Shown here: piece by piece, positions 13,177-29,115 of the stretch
Position numbering within the stretch: the first letter of the stretch is position 1
Layout of the letters: every line of letters begins with the position of its first letter
Source: Ruditapes philippinarum
Taxonomy: Eukaryota
Direction: 5' to 3'
Assembly (NCBI RefSeq): GCF_026571515.1
Contig: NW_026858277.1
Location: forward strand, 248,001-312,000
Length of the DNA stretch: 64,000 nt
Made by a program: the position numbers and the translations under genes
Notes under the pieces: model-generated
The model's input: the letters and a program-made list of their open reading frames with translations, nothing else
Database searches by the model: none
What the model was told of the DNA's origin: nothing

Positions 13177-15126
13177 AATATTTAGTCATATAATTAACAA
13201 AGAAATAGACATACTTTTCACAATTTGGATACTTTTTTTATTCAGTTTAGTGAGGAAATCACATTATTATTATTGTTACTTTGTTCCTGTTAACTTAAAA
13301 AACGTTGTATTCCGTTCAAAAAATAGCGGTTTAAATAGTAAAATTAATGCTTAATGTCTTTTTCCCTTGGTCTTTTCACATTAATGCATAAATTAACGAC
13401 AGAAAACAATATTTTACTCAGCGATGCATCATGCATCTTATCGATATAACAGAATTATATATACATCAATATCACATGCCTGCGAATATTTTGTTTACAA
13501 GATGTTTCATTTATAGTTAATGCGTGGATACGCCCGTCTCACAAAGATTGTGTTGATTGTGTAAATTACCGCGTTTATTTCGGTCGACTAAGGGCGGAGA
13601 GCGGGCTTCAGATGTCAAACCCCCACGGTCAAAATAATGATGAAGCAGTAAATCAAATCGTCAACAAGGCTTGCATAAAGCTATGGCTTTCTATACAAAG
13701 ACAGGCAAAGAATGTCGAGATTTTAGACACAAGGGTATCACGTTACAACGCTGTAAGTGTGAACCGATGAATCTCTGTCAGAACTGAAGAAATTCTTAAT
13801 ACACCAAATATGTATGAAGTCTGATATTTAAAAACTATCAGTTTCGATAAATAAGGTCTTGATTGCATACTCATATTGATAACGAATTTCAGCCCCGCTA
13901 ACTAAACAAATATGACACTTGAAATCGTCGCCGCGTGAGTCAAACTTTTAGCAAATTCGACGTTACGGCAAAAATGATTTGAAATATATCCAATGCAATA
14001 TCTGAATGTAAATATAAAAGGAAACATCCGTATTTGATTTACATCTATTTTTTAAGTGAATGATCTTTTTCTTGCATAATTGTACATCTATAAAGTTGTA
14101 ATTCGTAAATTTATATTAATTTGCACAACTCATTTAAAATATAAGAGGCAATTAATTATCCGAAAAATATCATAATATTTATAATTAGTTGGTGCCTACG
14201 GCCTCGAATACTTCTTTGCTGTCGAAAATATGTGTATTGCGGTGTAGACCCCTGCTTTATGCGGCGCTTTGATATGCAAAAAAATACCATTACGGAGTTT
14301 ATACTAAACATGACCATTTTTATGAATAAATTTTCTATATTGAATGAAGCCGCAAAAATGACAAAACCTGTCAAAAATACAATTAAAATTTTCATAACCT
14401 TTGTGTAAAATACATGACCGCAAACGATTCTAACACGCGAGTGTCATCTTTCTGTTCATAAAATAATTTGAAAACCGTAGGTGGACATTATTAGCAAAAC
14501 TGTTTTATTAGATTTTAAAATGAGTCTTTAATAAAAAATATTCTAAAATTAATAACAAGATGACACTTTTCCTTATATTGTAAAAAAGAATAATTTTAAA
14601 ATAAAATAGGTGAAAAGATTCCCACCTTTTTTCGTGCTTTTAAATTAATATTGTTTTAGTTGTAATCATCTTTTATATCTTATATTACAATGGTTAAGAT
14701 TTAATGTTTTATTTTAAAGTAAAAGAAATACATGCACATGAACGAGCATTATACTATTTCAATATTTATTACTAAATAAATATATATTTATATAAAAAAA
14801 ATACAAACTTTAATATCAGAGCAAAATTTCTGGAATATACAGTGAACTTTCATCGAACATAATAAATTTGATTTTAAGTGAACAAATTATCGTCAATCTA
14901 TTTCGTCTTAACAAGAAATTAATAATTACTCAAGACTTGCCTAGTAACATTTTATTTCTTTTTCATTTACATTAAGGTTGAATCAGAACATATATTATAA
15001 CTTTTCATCAAGTGTCAGATAGTAATGAATGTAAAAAACCATGAAAATTTTAAAGTTATATCATAAAATCGTCGTAAAAATCTCAAAATTTATATGAATT
15101 ATTTTTATGCATTTGATTATCAATGA

Positions 15127-15500
15127 TAGCAGAAATAACAGATAGATATAGCTTTTATAAAACATCGTTTAAAATAGGAGAGAGAAGAAGGTTTTCAATT
15201 TGAAATATTACGCAATACAAGAAGAATTTACAGCAAAACCTGTATTGAGTGGTCAGTATAATGACAAAAAATGTAATCGTAGCGGTAATTTACTTATAGA
15301 TTTAGCAGAAATAACAGTTTAGCAGAAATAATAACAGATAGATATAGCTTTTATAAAACATCGTTTAAAATAGGATAGAGAAGAAGGTTTTCAATTTGAA
15401 ATATTTCGAAATACAATACGAATTTACAGCAAAACCTGTATTGAGTGGCCAGTCTAATGACAAAAAAAATGTAATTGTAGCGGTAATTTACTTATAGATT
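15127..15500. repeat. Tandem duplication of ~180 bp
   Basis: 15127-15302 is repeated at ~15320-15500, with a short partial unit (agcagaaataacagttt) between the copies. Confidence 0.9.
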
Positions 15501-18500
15501 TTCAATATCATATTTTCATCAATTAAATTACGCGTCACCTAATCAGGGTCCTCTGTCTATATAGACAAAGAAGTAGCCTGGACCATTTCGTCTGCGCATG
15601 GCCTGAAACCAGTAAAAAGAAGCTTGCGTTTTGGTTGAGAGTTTTTATTTCTGTTTAGAACTTGTTCAAAGGCTGTGTTTTACCTTTTGACCACATTTTC
15701 TCACCTGATGAAAGTTAAACATTGGTTTAAATGCAAAAAATGTTAAAGGAAATACAAAAAATAAAACTGTTATTGCACTGAGTACAAGTTAAAACCGCTT
15801 CCATCTGTGTATACGAAATCTTACTAATGTTACAATCATTATGTTATATTTATGTTTATATCAGATGGTACAAGTAAAAATATGTTAAGCTTTGATCAAG
15901 GCTACCCGCTCATTTATAATATTTTCATTAATAATTCTTTACTATTTTGAATAAATAATACCAATTCAATTAACAAAATGGTGGCTGATTAACGCCATAC
16001 AGCATTTTCGCTTTTTCGCCACGAAAATGCGAAAACACATTTTTAACCTCATTTCGCGTTTCTTTTTCCTTCTTTTGTCTTGAGAATGCAAAAATGTGAA
16101 AGAAAAAAATCAAAGAAACGGCAAAATTGGAACTTGTCATCGTATCTACGACATGGGGTAACCATAGCTTTGTGTTTCATTATAAATGTGTGAAGAAGAT
16201 CTCTTGCTTTCTATGAAATGTATAGCTTCCCCTGAACCTAGTTAGTACCGCATGAAATGGATAGGAATGGATATTCGCGGTTTTTTCGCATGGATCATCA
16301 TTGAAAAATATCCTTATTAGTGTCAATGCGGTTAAAACCAGATCATTATTAAATTGAGTAACAGTAAGGTTATAGAGTAACACTTAGTATGTGTAAAACG
16401 AAGATGAAAACAGGTCTTTAAAGGGGACATGCGGTCTGTACTAATTGAGCTTGTGTCCGTAAAATATGTGGTCAAACGTACTTTTAAAAGTTAAGAAGGA
16501 AAACTATGTCCAGTTTGAAAATGTCTTCATCATGACACTTGTGCACATTAACCAAACATAAATACACCTACTGAGTTTGCAAACAGATTAGGATGCTGTT
16601 TGGAGATATATGACCTGATTAAGGGATTCCCACACACGTATGTTCACAAATTACAATAGAAAATATTTGAGGTACTCAAAAAGCATGTAAGAATGCCGAA
16701 ATGCTGCTGCTGTAAACGAAAGCGGATTAACACCTCGCTCAAAAAGAATGAACTTGTTCAAAACCGCGAGTGGGCAGTAAAATATATGTTTGTTGTTTTT
16801 GTTGTCTATTTCTTTTTTGTTTTGAAATTTTTGCTTAATCACATTATCATAAATTGTTTATGATCTGAAGAAGCCTACCTTTATTTGTTTATCTTTTATA
16901 AGACTGAGAATGGGCTGTTCTCATTTAGTTAATAGGTTATTTTGGTAACGGTGTACACGAGTGTAATGTATGTTTCATTAACTAATAGCTCACACAAAAG
17001 TACATTTTGCAAAAATGATGTTGAAACTGAATTACATTAGTTCTAAAGTTATATTTACACACAAGTGCCTTGGCATGATTTTCCTTGAGGAAAAAAGAGT
17101 TTGTACATAGGTTTTGCTTAAATGATATTTCCGGTTGCCTAGTAACGATCTTGTTTAATGTTTCAACCAAACATCTTACCATCCTTTTAAATTTAAATTA
17201 AGTTTCTCTTCTAATAAAATACAATTTAATTTTTATTACCTTAATATAGCTACTGAAATTGCTTGGAATATTAATAGGTTTTTTTTTCAAAGTTGAAGCT
17301 AATTAGAAAACTATCTCTTATTTAAATAAAACATCTTAAAGCAGCACGCCTCCAGATTTGTGTTTATTTCTTTAATGAAAAACATTTGTTTTAATGAGTA
17401 AAATGTTGTTGACTGTGCAAATTAAGTGTTTGTAATTAGCTTAAGATATTGACTATCCCCAATAACTGCTAATATCTTATCAAAACAGGAAGAATTTGCT
17501 ATTATATCGTTAGTTATTCACTTAATGATGAGTGGATATGTAAAAAACCCCTAATTTTTAAACTGTAAAGTGCGACTTTTTATCAAGATTTAGTTTACTC
17601 AACTGGTGGCGTGTCGCTTTAAAGTCTATCTTAGCAACAAAAAAAAAGATTTGAAACGCATGGCGTAAAATTCATTTAACATTGTTTATGCCTTTCGTGT
17701 CGATTTCGTTCGTCCGAGACTACATAAAGAAAAATGCGAAACGAAAATAAACACGAAAAGATTTTGACAGAGATAACCTTTTATACAGTTTCCGTTACTT
17801 AATTTTATACTTTCTTTTTTTCATCTCTTACGTTAATCAGTGAATAAATGATGAATATTGATAAAGCTATTTTAGGCAATTTTCATCTTTATTAGGCAAT
17901 TAACCACAAAACTGTCGTTATAAAAGACTGGGCAGATTGAGAGCTCAATTTCAGACCCTGGAACTCTATGTATTGCCAATTTCCGTAACAGGAACCCGAG
18001 AATATGTTTTTGTTATTGTACTTTTTTGTTGCTTGATTTAATCATTACGTATTTAAAGGTCACTATATAATATTTTGACGAGAGCAGCAACATACTAGAC
18101 TGCAACTCGATTTTTTACCTTGAATATTTATTTATTTATTTTGCTTTCTTTCGCCTATTTTTTTTAGGTATTTGCATGCATGCGCAACATCAGTATTTAT
18201 CATATATTTCGAAATTAATGTGATCCACAGATAATGGCGAATGTAGCCGAATGAATAGATGATTAAGCTTAAAGACTTTGTTAAGGAACCCCTTATTCAT
18301 CAACATATAAATATCTATGATTACCTTGCAGAGTTTGTTTTTTTATATATATACAATGCGTTAAATTCGGTAACATTAAAATGAAGTCTGGATAACATTG
18401 GGTGCGGGAGGAGAAGAAAAAAAGAAGAATAAAAAAAAAAACAATCCGGAATAGAAATCCATCGAGAGATGAAAGGTTATAAATCCAGACTCGGTTCTAA

Positions 18501-18539
18501 AAGAACTAGATAATATTATTCTATATTCAAAATAGAGTA

Positions 18540-18720
18540 GAGAAATACGGAATGCTTAAAGAACGCACAAAACGACAAAATTTAAAATGTTGCGCTTGGT
18601 TTAAGTGACCCTGTTCACGGACAGTACTGGAATGTGCAAGTTACCGTCCACGCCCCCTAGCACCGGCTTAAGCAGACTTAAACATTTAAATACAAAAAAT
18701 GGTGTAAATTTTGAATTTAG
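18540..18720 (+). repeat. Unclassified dispersed repeat (other copies on the - strand at ~23985-24135 and ~30485-30625)
   Basis: The core gtgcaagttaccgtccacgcccctagcaccggcttaagcaga matches the reverse complements tctgcttcagccggtgctatggagcgtggacggtaacttgcac and tctgcttgagtcggtgctaggggcatgggcgg. Confidence 0.7.
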
Positions 18721-21700
18721 AAACATCAAGAGATATGTTAAGTCTTGTTTATTTGCTGCAGTCAGTCCGGAAGGAAACGTGTGTATTTTGCCAACATGTC
18801 ACTTATTTCAGTTTTCGCAACATTATGTTTACTTTTGAAAATTTTGGATGATGAACGTTTGTAGGTTATTTAGTTTGTTATTCGAGTACAACGATTTATC
18901 ATAATCATACAATGGTGTCAAGCATTCTAATTTTGTCTTATATTACGATTTGAGTTGAAATAATTAAAGAGTGGGGCATCAGTTAACTGCAGAAGAGCTG
19001 TCTATAACCCGTGCCTGGCGTACACTAACAACAATATACTAGTTTTTTATGCAATAACAAAACCTTAAGTCGAACCAATGACAGTCACTCAAGCACCTAA
19101 GGACCGATACCTATCTTGTACCATTTAAAATCAGATACAGTTTCAATGCCGGCTTGCAAAGCCTGCATATTTTGCTATAATCTACGATAAATGGGACACA
19201 CGGTGTCACCGCTCACTGTCAATCAATCTCAAATACAGGGTTTTTTAATCAGTACTACATCGCTGCGCTCATTACGACAAGAGAATATGGTATCTGAAAC
19301 ACTATCTCGTTCACGGCTTTAAGTCGATCATTAACAATATGCGATCATAAATAATACCCCCTTTTTAAAAAAAAAAGTAACTACGTTTGTAGACGCTTTA
19401 TGGAGATGTAAAAAGACCACCTCAGCTAAATTTCTATCGTATCTTAACAATCTACGGAATTTTATTCTAATGTTATACACTTCTTTATAGCGAGGACGTA
19501 ATTAGAACAAAATATACACTACATTACCGGAATACAATTAATGACGGGTCTCATTTTGCATTATGAAAATGGCGAACAGTTAAAGATACATTTTGCTCAA
19601 TGGCTGATAAGTGCACATGCGAGAAATTGAAGATAAAAATGAAATACCACACACGCAACATTGTGTGTAGAGACAAAAGGCATCATCGGCTTGATGAAAT
19701 AACTGTACGCAAACAGTTACATTTTTATTTGCGTAACCAATGACTAAAACAGCTAAGTTTATAAAAAATACTTATGTTAAAAGAAAAATTATTGAAATAT
19801 AAGATATAAGTTATTCAACTTCCGGGAAATGTCCAGGTTTTATCTCTAATATGATACAATAATGCATTAATGTTTTCAACTACGAAACATGTCTATCAAA
19901 ATTAGGTTATATTAGCATAACCATTGAAAAATCATTCGAGCAAAATAGTAAAAAAAAAATCTTTGCATTCAGGTCGATAATAAAAATTTATTCAAAAGGA
20001 AAATATATTCATTTTGCATCTAAAAAAAGAATAAAAAAACGATACTTGAGCTGTACAATATTGCATAACTTTAAATAGTTTACTAAATCGATTTATGCTA
20101 TTTTATAATTTATGCAAGCACATGACTTTTGTAAAACTGAAAAGAAATTGTCTAAATAAGATGTATACACTTTTACTACCATACACTTTGATCATTAAAT
20201 GTGTAGTGAATAGTAAGTCATTGTGATAGATAATTTTTGAAAGTTTCAACATCTTTGGCAAAATGATATCAAAATCTTTAAGGCCCTCATTCCTCAAAAA
20301 TAATTTAATTTTCATTTTTCAAAATCATTATTTATATATTTGTATGGCCTGATTAAGTGCATGACATGTTTTTCAGATCAAAATTTTTAAAAAACAAGTT
20401 ACGCATTGGTCATTTACCTGAAACATCTTTTGCTTCTGTTGATGTAAGGCATTAAGTATAGTTATAATGATTTAGTTTTTTGTGTGGAAGTCAAAATGCT
20501 ACTTTATTTACATTTTTCTACTACTATAACAAATAATTTCACTATTAACGGTACTATCTTCAGCTGAACATCATCTAACAAGCTCTAAAACTATTATTTA
20601 AACGTTGTAAGAATCATGTTTGCCATTCCTAAAGAAGGAAATATTTTGTTTCTGAGGCATATGTTGTTAAATATCTACTAACATAAGTCGTTTCAAAGTA
20701 TTTGATAAATAACAACCTAGCATTTTGTCAGACTTTAAAATTACCAACTGTCGGACGATTTATTTTATTTTTCATATGAAAGATATCCTATAAATACTTT
20801 TGAGAACATCAAAATGATATTACCGGGATTCAAGAAATTGCTCAGTTGCTTTATTTATTGTTAAGATTTAGTCATATTTCAGCTATATACTCGTATCTCA
20901 GGCTTACCTATCGCATAGGACTATTAGACGCATTTAAATCTATCTGTTAAACCCAAGTTATAAATGTCTACTTAGATCTTTTTTGCAAATGATAATAAAT
21001 ATGTTACATAATGCAAATTTCATTTTCCCTTAAATCTAGATGTACTTTGCCTGTATTTAAATACCAATGGAAAGAATCCGTTCGATCATGGTTAATCTGA
21101 CAATTATTAAATGAAATTTAGATACTTATCAACTTCCTTTTATTCTTTTCAAAACAAGAAATACTTACTTGACATACGAACAAAGTGTTTTGGGCTAAAA
21201 AGATGAACCCCACTGATAATTCTTAAGCGTTACTGCAATGATCAAAGTACTCGACAGCTTACCTCATTCCGTGTCCAATTTATGCTAGATTAACTTCTTG
21301 TTAGGATATACATAAATTTTAAAAGCAGTACTCAAAACTATTAAAAGTTCTTTTCATTTGAACTCAACCTTTGCGAAAATGATTGCTGTATGTAAAGATG
21401 AATTCTTTTTTTCTGAAAGATACCATTGGGTTCCATGACAAAAGTGATCCGAGTTCTATAAATCGCGTCTCTAATTGGATTTAATGTACGCATAATGTGG
21501 CCTGGTTTGATTTATTCTGGACAAATAATTTGGTTTATTTAGCAGTTTTCTTTTATCAACAGGTGTTAAAACGATGAAAATGTCATTTCGTATGCATATA
21601 AACACCTCCAAAGAAAAACAAGTATATTTATACCATCAGTTTATACAATTATGTAAAAAACGATATTGCACAATCACCATTTGAAAATTGTTCGCGCTGA

Positions 21701-24700
21701 TACCGGAAAAGGGATACAACAGGGCGAGATACCTACCGCCCTATCAACCCTCTTATATGTCGATAAATAGAACATTGTTTAGGTTACAAACGTACATAAA
21801 GTTCATTTAAAATATAAACCAGTATTGCGACCTTATCACTAACCACCACAAATGTTACATTATCTATTTCCCGTCTAAATATTTAAAAGAATGTATTTAA
21901 AACCGGTTAGATGGACTTGATAAGAGACACAAGTTATGCTGACAAGCGAAAAATATTCAAGTTCTAAATCTTAATTCGGAAACCTTTAGCAATAAAGTTG
22001 ATAGGAAATCAACAGTCTTTAAAAGTTTAACAGGAGCAGTTGAAAGAGTCTATCAAACAGGAAATAATAAGGTTGGTTCTTTATGTCTTTTGGTGAAGAT
22101 ACAACAAGGAGAAAACTGATTAACAGTTGAACAAAAGATTGTCATAAAGATAAGGTCTTCGAACTCTTGCTACATGGTTTGACAAGTAGTATGTGCACAC
22201 ATTAAGAGAAAAAGGTGTAGAAATGAAAACCTCACAGTACAATTTTGAGATTTTTTATTTACTTTTTACAGGTGTCATTAAACATAAACATTGCCATGAA
22301 TTCGTCGACTGAGTGTTATTTTATTGATGTGCAACATTTTACTAGGGTCTAAAATATTTTACCATTTAGCATTTTACTGCTTAAAACCACATCGCATTAT
22401 GATGGGTGGTCCTGACCTTTTTTGCGTTTATTGGTGGGTGACCATTCAACCTATTGTCTAAGAAAATCATATCATTTCAGTGTCCTTGCATCTAAATCAA
22501 ACAATATCTCGTTATTTTTAGTTATAATTAAAGAACACGAATATTCGTTTTCGTTGTCCACATCAATAGGAAAATGTGTTTATCACCAAATATGTGAGAT
22601 GCTTAACCTAAAGTATGTAACGCTCTTGTTATTCTACAAATGAACGGAATTTACTCAAATCGTGTTTTTGAACTAAAAGGCTTTAATAATGTATACAAAG
22701 CAAAGGACTCAGAAATGTAATTTGTATAACTTATTCGCTATTTTTGACCGCTGGTTGATTTTAATCGAACCTGGTAACCTTGGAGAAGATTTTAATGGAA
22801 GTTAAAGTTGTTTTGGCATATAGTTATAAACGTTTTAAATATTCCACGCTTAATAGCGGCAACTGAATCTACCCAGGAAATCAGTGCACCCCAAGATCAC
22901 AGTCTGCACTGTTTGTTATTCAGTACTTAGTTTTAAATGTCCTACAAAACAGATCAGTGGTTTCATTACACTGAAAGACGAACAAGTCCATTTTAGATAG
23001 TATACGTGGTTAGGGGTTAAAAAGGGCAGTTAATTTTTAAAAGTAACATTATTTGAAAAGTAAAAAGGTAACGATCTTAGTATTAGTTATATGATACGAA
23101 TAGAAAAGAAACGTAAGAACAACCGCAAAAATTCACAATCTTCATAAAATATATATAACCATGACATAATTCGATTGTTCACTTTACTTTAAATGTGAGT
23201 TCAAAATGACGCCATTTATTTATGATGACGTCAAAGAATTTGCGTTTTTTTCTTCTCAGTGTCACTCAATATTTTGTCAAACTTTTGTTTGAATGGGGAA
23301 CAAAATATTTAGATACTTTGTTTACTTTTGTTGGTTACAGAACACTGTACAAACTTGCAAATGCTGTTCATTTAATAGCAGGCTATTTTAAGCCAAGGAA
23401 TGGCGACGACAATTCTAATAGACGTAAATAGTATTGGGCTTTAACAACTTCAATCAATAGACTATATTTACATTCGATGTGTTTTATTAAAATAGAAATA
23501 AATTTGTCAAACCATATGTTTACAGGTGTGGTTGATTGTTAGCGCGTTAGATGAATTAATTCTGATCATAATTCGCCATTTAAATGAACTATTTACAAGT
23601 TTATTTTTCTTATTTCAGGGCTCATTTGTACGTAGATTAATGTTAAGTATTCAAGAAGGGCGTTTCCGACATAACCGTTTAAGATTGTCATTTTTATGAA
23701 GTAGAAATATATTGTTAAAAAGTATAATTGCTTAAATTACAGTTTTATATCTGACATAAATAAGAGTACTTATCGACTGTGCAGAAAATATTTTGTGTTT
23801 GTATCTTTGGTTTATTTTTCGTTATTTACCTTTTCAAATTTTTTTTTATAACAGGTCTGAAATTTGAATACAGACTTCTCGTAAATAGTTGAGTAAAGTA
23901 ATTACTTTACCAAAATCAATCAGAAAAGAATGATAATAATTCAAGTTTTACCAAATATACATAACGCTTTACAATATGATGGGTTTTCACCACTTTCATG
24001 TTCAAGTGTTGAATTCTGCTTCAGCCGGTGCTATGGAGCGTGGACGGTAACTTGCACCGTCCATAAATAGGCTAAATCAAACCGAGTCTGCAACAATTTC
24101 AGTTTTTGACGTTCTTTAGGGATTCTGTTTTCTTTTTCCTTCTATTTTGTGAATTGTTAATAAATTGCATGCTTTATACTTGGTCACAACATTTTGCAAA
24201 GTTTTATAAGTTGTCACAATAATACAAAGAAAGATTAGAAGTATTAAGCGCGCTGCAATGGTTTAAAGCCGCAACCTATTGACCCTAGCGGGACAGGTAG
24301 TGAACCGCGCGTATATCGCAAGTCTAAATTCCGTCACCAGCTTTCTTATTTAAACAGACATAAATGCAAAAGAAAATATGGTTTTTAATAAAAAAAACCA
24401 ATGCAACTTATGCAGGATGGGTCTACATTTTTATAAGACCAGATTCAATTCTTCCCAATGTAAAACATGTCAATAGATTTAACATCTATGGAGCAAGCAA
24501 AAATGCTCAGCAAATTACTTTACTCTTTGTCGCAGTCATCTTTCTTAGACTTAGATGCAGAAACATAAAAGATCAACGAATCCCATTATTGTACCAAGAA
24601 ACATAAATTATATCCCTTTAAGCTATAATGATATCATAGCTTCCTTTACAACGAAACAAAAAATTACAACCCACTTGACATTCAGTTATTTTCGAAAATG

Positions 24701-25809
24701 TATTACTTGTTTACAATTAACAGTGGTGAATTATTTACAGTTTGTTAGTTCAGCTGCATTTTATCTCAAAAACGTATTTTCACTATATTTATGAAACCGT
24801 CTTTTCAATAACATAATTCGCCCAGCTGCAAAGAGACGACAAGAAATTTGCTACCTAACTTGTTAAATGTATAAAACTTCATTATACCTAGCTTTTGATC
24901 TCGCAAAAAGCCCTAATTTACTGCGAATGTTTGTCACTTCACATCTGCATCCTTCAATCTACGCTGATGCGCTCGAGCATGTGTTGAAACGAACTACTTT
25001 AAAAGATATGATAAATATTTGTTTGGGTATTTTATTATCTAGCATAGATGCTCGTGATAACAAAATTTAACCGCAGGAGCAAGGAAACACTTTTGAAACA
25101 TTTATTTTAATTTGGTTCTCAACTTAAGACGGATCAAACTGCCTGTATGTTAAGGGAAATGAATGTGAGAATGTTATATGTTATTAATAAGTTGATAATA
25201 TAAACGTAGATATTACTACGACCATGGATGTGAAGCTGTAACGCCCTTACAGCTTAACAGTTTACCTTGGATCTGCCCAGTGTATGCTGTCTAAATTGTG
25301 GTAAATTCAATACATACAGTTATGCCATCAATTGACAAAATTCTGAGTGTAACACGACATAAATGTTAACATTATTCCAGTGAATATTAAGAAAACTAAA
25401 ATACTTCTGTCTGTTAACTAACATTAATTTTAACTAACTAAAAGTATTTAGCAGTCATTGTAGTTGAGCGGAGAAATGAGCGTCCGCTTTGTTCGTGAAG
25501 TCCGCTTTGGAATAGTTACATGCTGTGGATCAAATAAGACCATGTTAAATGAATTATTTAATCATATACACATGAACGAATGTATTTACTGATCAAAGTT
25601 AATTGACGAAACTATGAAACTAATTTATATACAACATTACGACCGTTATTTGTTCGCGGATAAATTATATATGAGTACTTTCAATATTTTTACTCTAATC
25701 TGTTTTGTTACACAGACGTTTCAGAAGATCCTGTATTATATTCCATTGATCATTTCTGTTTTGATATTTCCACATATATTTACATTTCTCATTAAGATAT
25801 ATGTTACTT

Positions 25810-26018
25810 ACATGCATAACTTGACTAAACATGACCGACAAAGCTTTTTTTAGATTTTCATAGGGTATTGCCTGCATTACTTGACTAAACATGGCTGACA
25901 AAGCTATTTTTAGATTATCGTTAATTTTTTACCAGCATCACATGACTAAACATGGCCGGCAAAATTATTTTTAGATTATCTTTCATTGTTTACCTGCATT
26001 ACATGACTAAACATGGCT
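25810..26018. repeat. Tandem repeat, 60-61-bp unit, ~3.5 copies
   Basis: gactaaacatg at 25823, 25883, 25944 and 26005. Confidence 0.85.
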
Positions 26019-29000
26019 AAAAAGAGACATATTTTGTTATCCATTTAGTTATATTCAATTTCCATAAATATCCAATAGCTATGACAAATTTTCTCGCACA
26101 AGTTGAATCCTTTTTATAATTACCTTTATTAATCTTCATCGTTTTAGCATCAACATTTGAATTAACGTGTCAATTTGTATTCATGCGCGAACGTCTAATA
26201 CACAATCTTTTAAATAATTATAAGAGTTGCCAATAGGTCAAAAACTAGAGCAAAGTGATTTTGGTAATTATATTCAGACAAATAATTTGGCCTGTTTGAA
26301 TTATTTATGTATATAAATTCGTCTTCAATTTAACATTTTTTTTTTGCATTCGTATTAATGGAATTCAATAATATGCAATTCATTGAAATTGCAATTTTAT
26401 TAAACTACGTTAGACGCCCGTGGATCACAACGTTTAATCCATTACTTAAAAAAGTAGTCCCGTAGGCCCTGATATTTTTGGAATGCGAACTATTTCGCAT
26501 CTACATTTTCCAGTGATTACCTGCTCAATTTATCGCCTCAATTTTATCTATGTTACCTGCGAAAATTACTTTTTATTTTATTACGATGGTAAAAGATATA
26601 TATATTTGCTATATTTAAGCGATAGGCGTGTTGTCATATATAACCATTAAGTGAAGTAACGAGGCTTTTACACCGTGCGATCACTTTCTTTATAAATATA
26701 ATATTATAGTGAAGATATGTTTTGATGGTATTATTTTTAAATGCACCCCTCAGAGGGATGTGTAGCAGAATATAGAGGAAACCGCCACTAATTTAAATTT
26801 GTACTTATAGCTATAAACATGAGCTCTGATTTTTTTTTGTTTTTTTCCTCGCACTAATATTTCAAGAAATGAAGAAACATACGTATGCGTTGTTAAAGTG
26901 ACTGTTCTATCACAAGTAGAGTCCGTTGAAGTTTCACAAGTCGTGGGGTTGTTTTAAATAATAATACCATTTTAAGCTTATAAAAATAATGATATCATTT
27001 ATATTAAAGGTTTTCGTTTACAAAACGTTTTCATTTTTCAAATGTATTCATAAATTGATTTTTAAATCCAATATTGATACATTATTTAAGCGACAAGTCA
27101 AAAATGTTTAGCCCCAGTTTATATTAAAAGAGTCAATTTTCACACTTCCGATTAAATTAAAGGTAAGTAATCACTGGGTGCATCAGAATTCAGGTGTTTG
27201 CATTTATTTTTTTTGTAAATTACGGAAGTAAATATATGTTATGGGAAATATTCATTTCTTTCGCCGTGAAACTCCACCTTTCAGACAGTTGATAAAGTAA
27301 GCATAAATTGTAGGTCACATAACTTTTAAAAATGTAAACATTTACAAAATCAAACGTTTTCTTTAGCAATTATTCAAGTCAATTGAATGACGTGACACAG
27401 CGTATTTGAAGACTCCATAACATACTTTGTCGGTATTTATTTGTTTGAAAACAAAACTTAAGACAGAAACTTATATAGTTATGTAGCCCCTGGGTATCAT
27501 AACGCCACTTTTTACCTTTATTCAATATCAGTGTTTGTTTTCAATTGTAAAAAGTTTTCGATTCAAACATAATTTAATTTTTGAAATTGAAGTATCATAT
27601 ACAGAAATAAACCCCCGAGGTAACTTGAGCTATGATGTTGCAAAATTTGTTTATATAATTTCATCTGCTTATCCGATGGAAAATTTCGACATAAAAGCCA
27701 AAAACCACAGAAGGATAGTGAAAATATTTAACTGGTAGATTTGAACAACATTGAACACAAACACAAAGAACATCTTTTTCATGTTAACTGAACATAGTTA
27801 CCATAATTTTTGAATTTATGCTTATAAATATATTTTAATTAAATATATAGTAACCCCTTCCCGTTGGCAATGACTTGCACATTGTCAACTTTTTATGTTA
27901 ATCGTCAATAAGCAAAAAATACCAACAAAAAAAACAACATACTGGAATGTATTTTGAACTTTTGTGAATCGATATATATGCACTATGTTACCAACCACTA
28001 CACTCAGATTTGCCTAATCGCTTGAAATTCTTGTTAAAATTTCTTCCTTTGATGTTATGACCCGATCACTTCGTTAAGAGACCAAGTCGGACTGCGGGAT
28101 GACATCCCGACTTTTTTAACTGACAATTTTGGATAGATATTAATCCAAGGTATTCTAGATTGCATAAATGCATCATCACATTCTGCATGGTAACTTTTCA
28201 AAGCCCATGTGATAACAATCAACGATAAGTGTTGTGTTTTATCAAAATCGTTCACACCAAATTTTTGTTTTCAAAGTAATCTGTCTGCCTTTCCAAATAA
28301 ATCCTTCTTGGTTAAAATATTTGCAAAAGGTGCAAAATGATTATTAGGCGTTTTGCCATTCCGTGGTTCTTTCTTATTAAACTGTTTTACATATCTTATA
28401 GAAGCACTTTTAACACTATTTTTGATAATGTTATGCGAATCACGAAATGTGCAATTATAGTAATTCATATGAAGCGCATGTTTGTAGTGTTTCATTGATA
28501 GAATTTTATTTACCACATATTCTGTTGTTTTTAGATAATAAGTAAAATGTGGTTTCTGTTATCTGGTGTGTTAAGCTCTTGACTGATAGCATTAATTTCG
28601 GGTTCTATGTCTTTTTAGAAAATTTCATTTATGAATTGGCGTGTGTAACACTAGCTTTTTTCCATTGTTCCATTCAATTTCCATGCATTTTCACAAGCGT
28701 GTTTTTCCCTCAAGTTTAAATATTTGTTGACATGGCTTTATTATAAGTTCTTGATATGCGATTATTAGAAATTAATAATATGAATAATATAAATATTTTG
28801 TTTAGAGTTCTATTTCAGTTAAGGGAATGATGTGCCGATCTTATTTTATAATTAAGTGAATTGATTTTATACTTTTCTTAAGTGTTTCCTCTAATTAAGA
28901 AAATCAAATGCCATAGTGTCCTTTATGGCTGTTAGACCAAGAACTATACTGAATAAAGAAACTTTCGTCATTGTAGACGTTGTTAAGTACAAAACAAACA

Positions 29001-29115
29001 TTAGTATCAATCAAAATGAAGAAAAAATATTGATTATTGATTACGAAATTACTCCTGATTGCTCAAACTTTGTGTGACTAAGATTTTCATCTATTAACAT
29101 GCAGGCATAGTATAA

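Noticed and set aside
12817-13354. ORFs across the N run
   Set aside because: Artefacts of the assembly gap and simple repeats.
15704-15740. CTGATGA hammerhead core
   Set aside because: No stem II-GAAA-stem III arrangement follows.
15978-16168. Old element with atggtggctgattaacg end, similar to the reverse complement near 40700-40726
   Set aside because: Too degenerate to define boundaries or class.
24245-24315. GC-rich patch with hairpin potential (HDV or twister ribozyme?)
   Set aside because: I could not fit the required helices or conserved core by eye; single copy.
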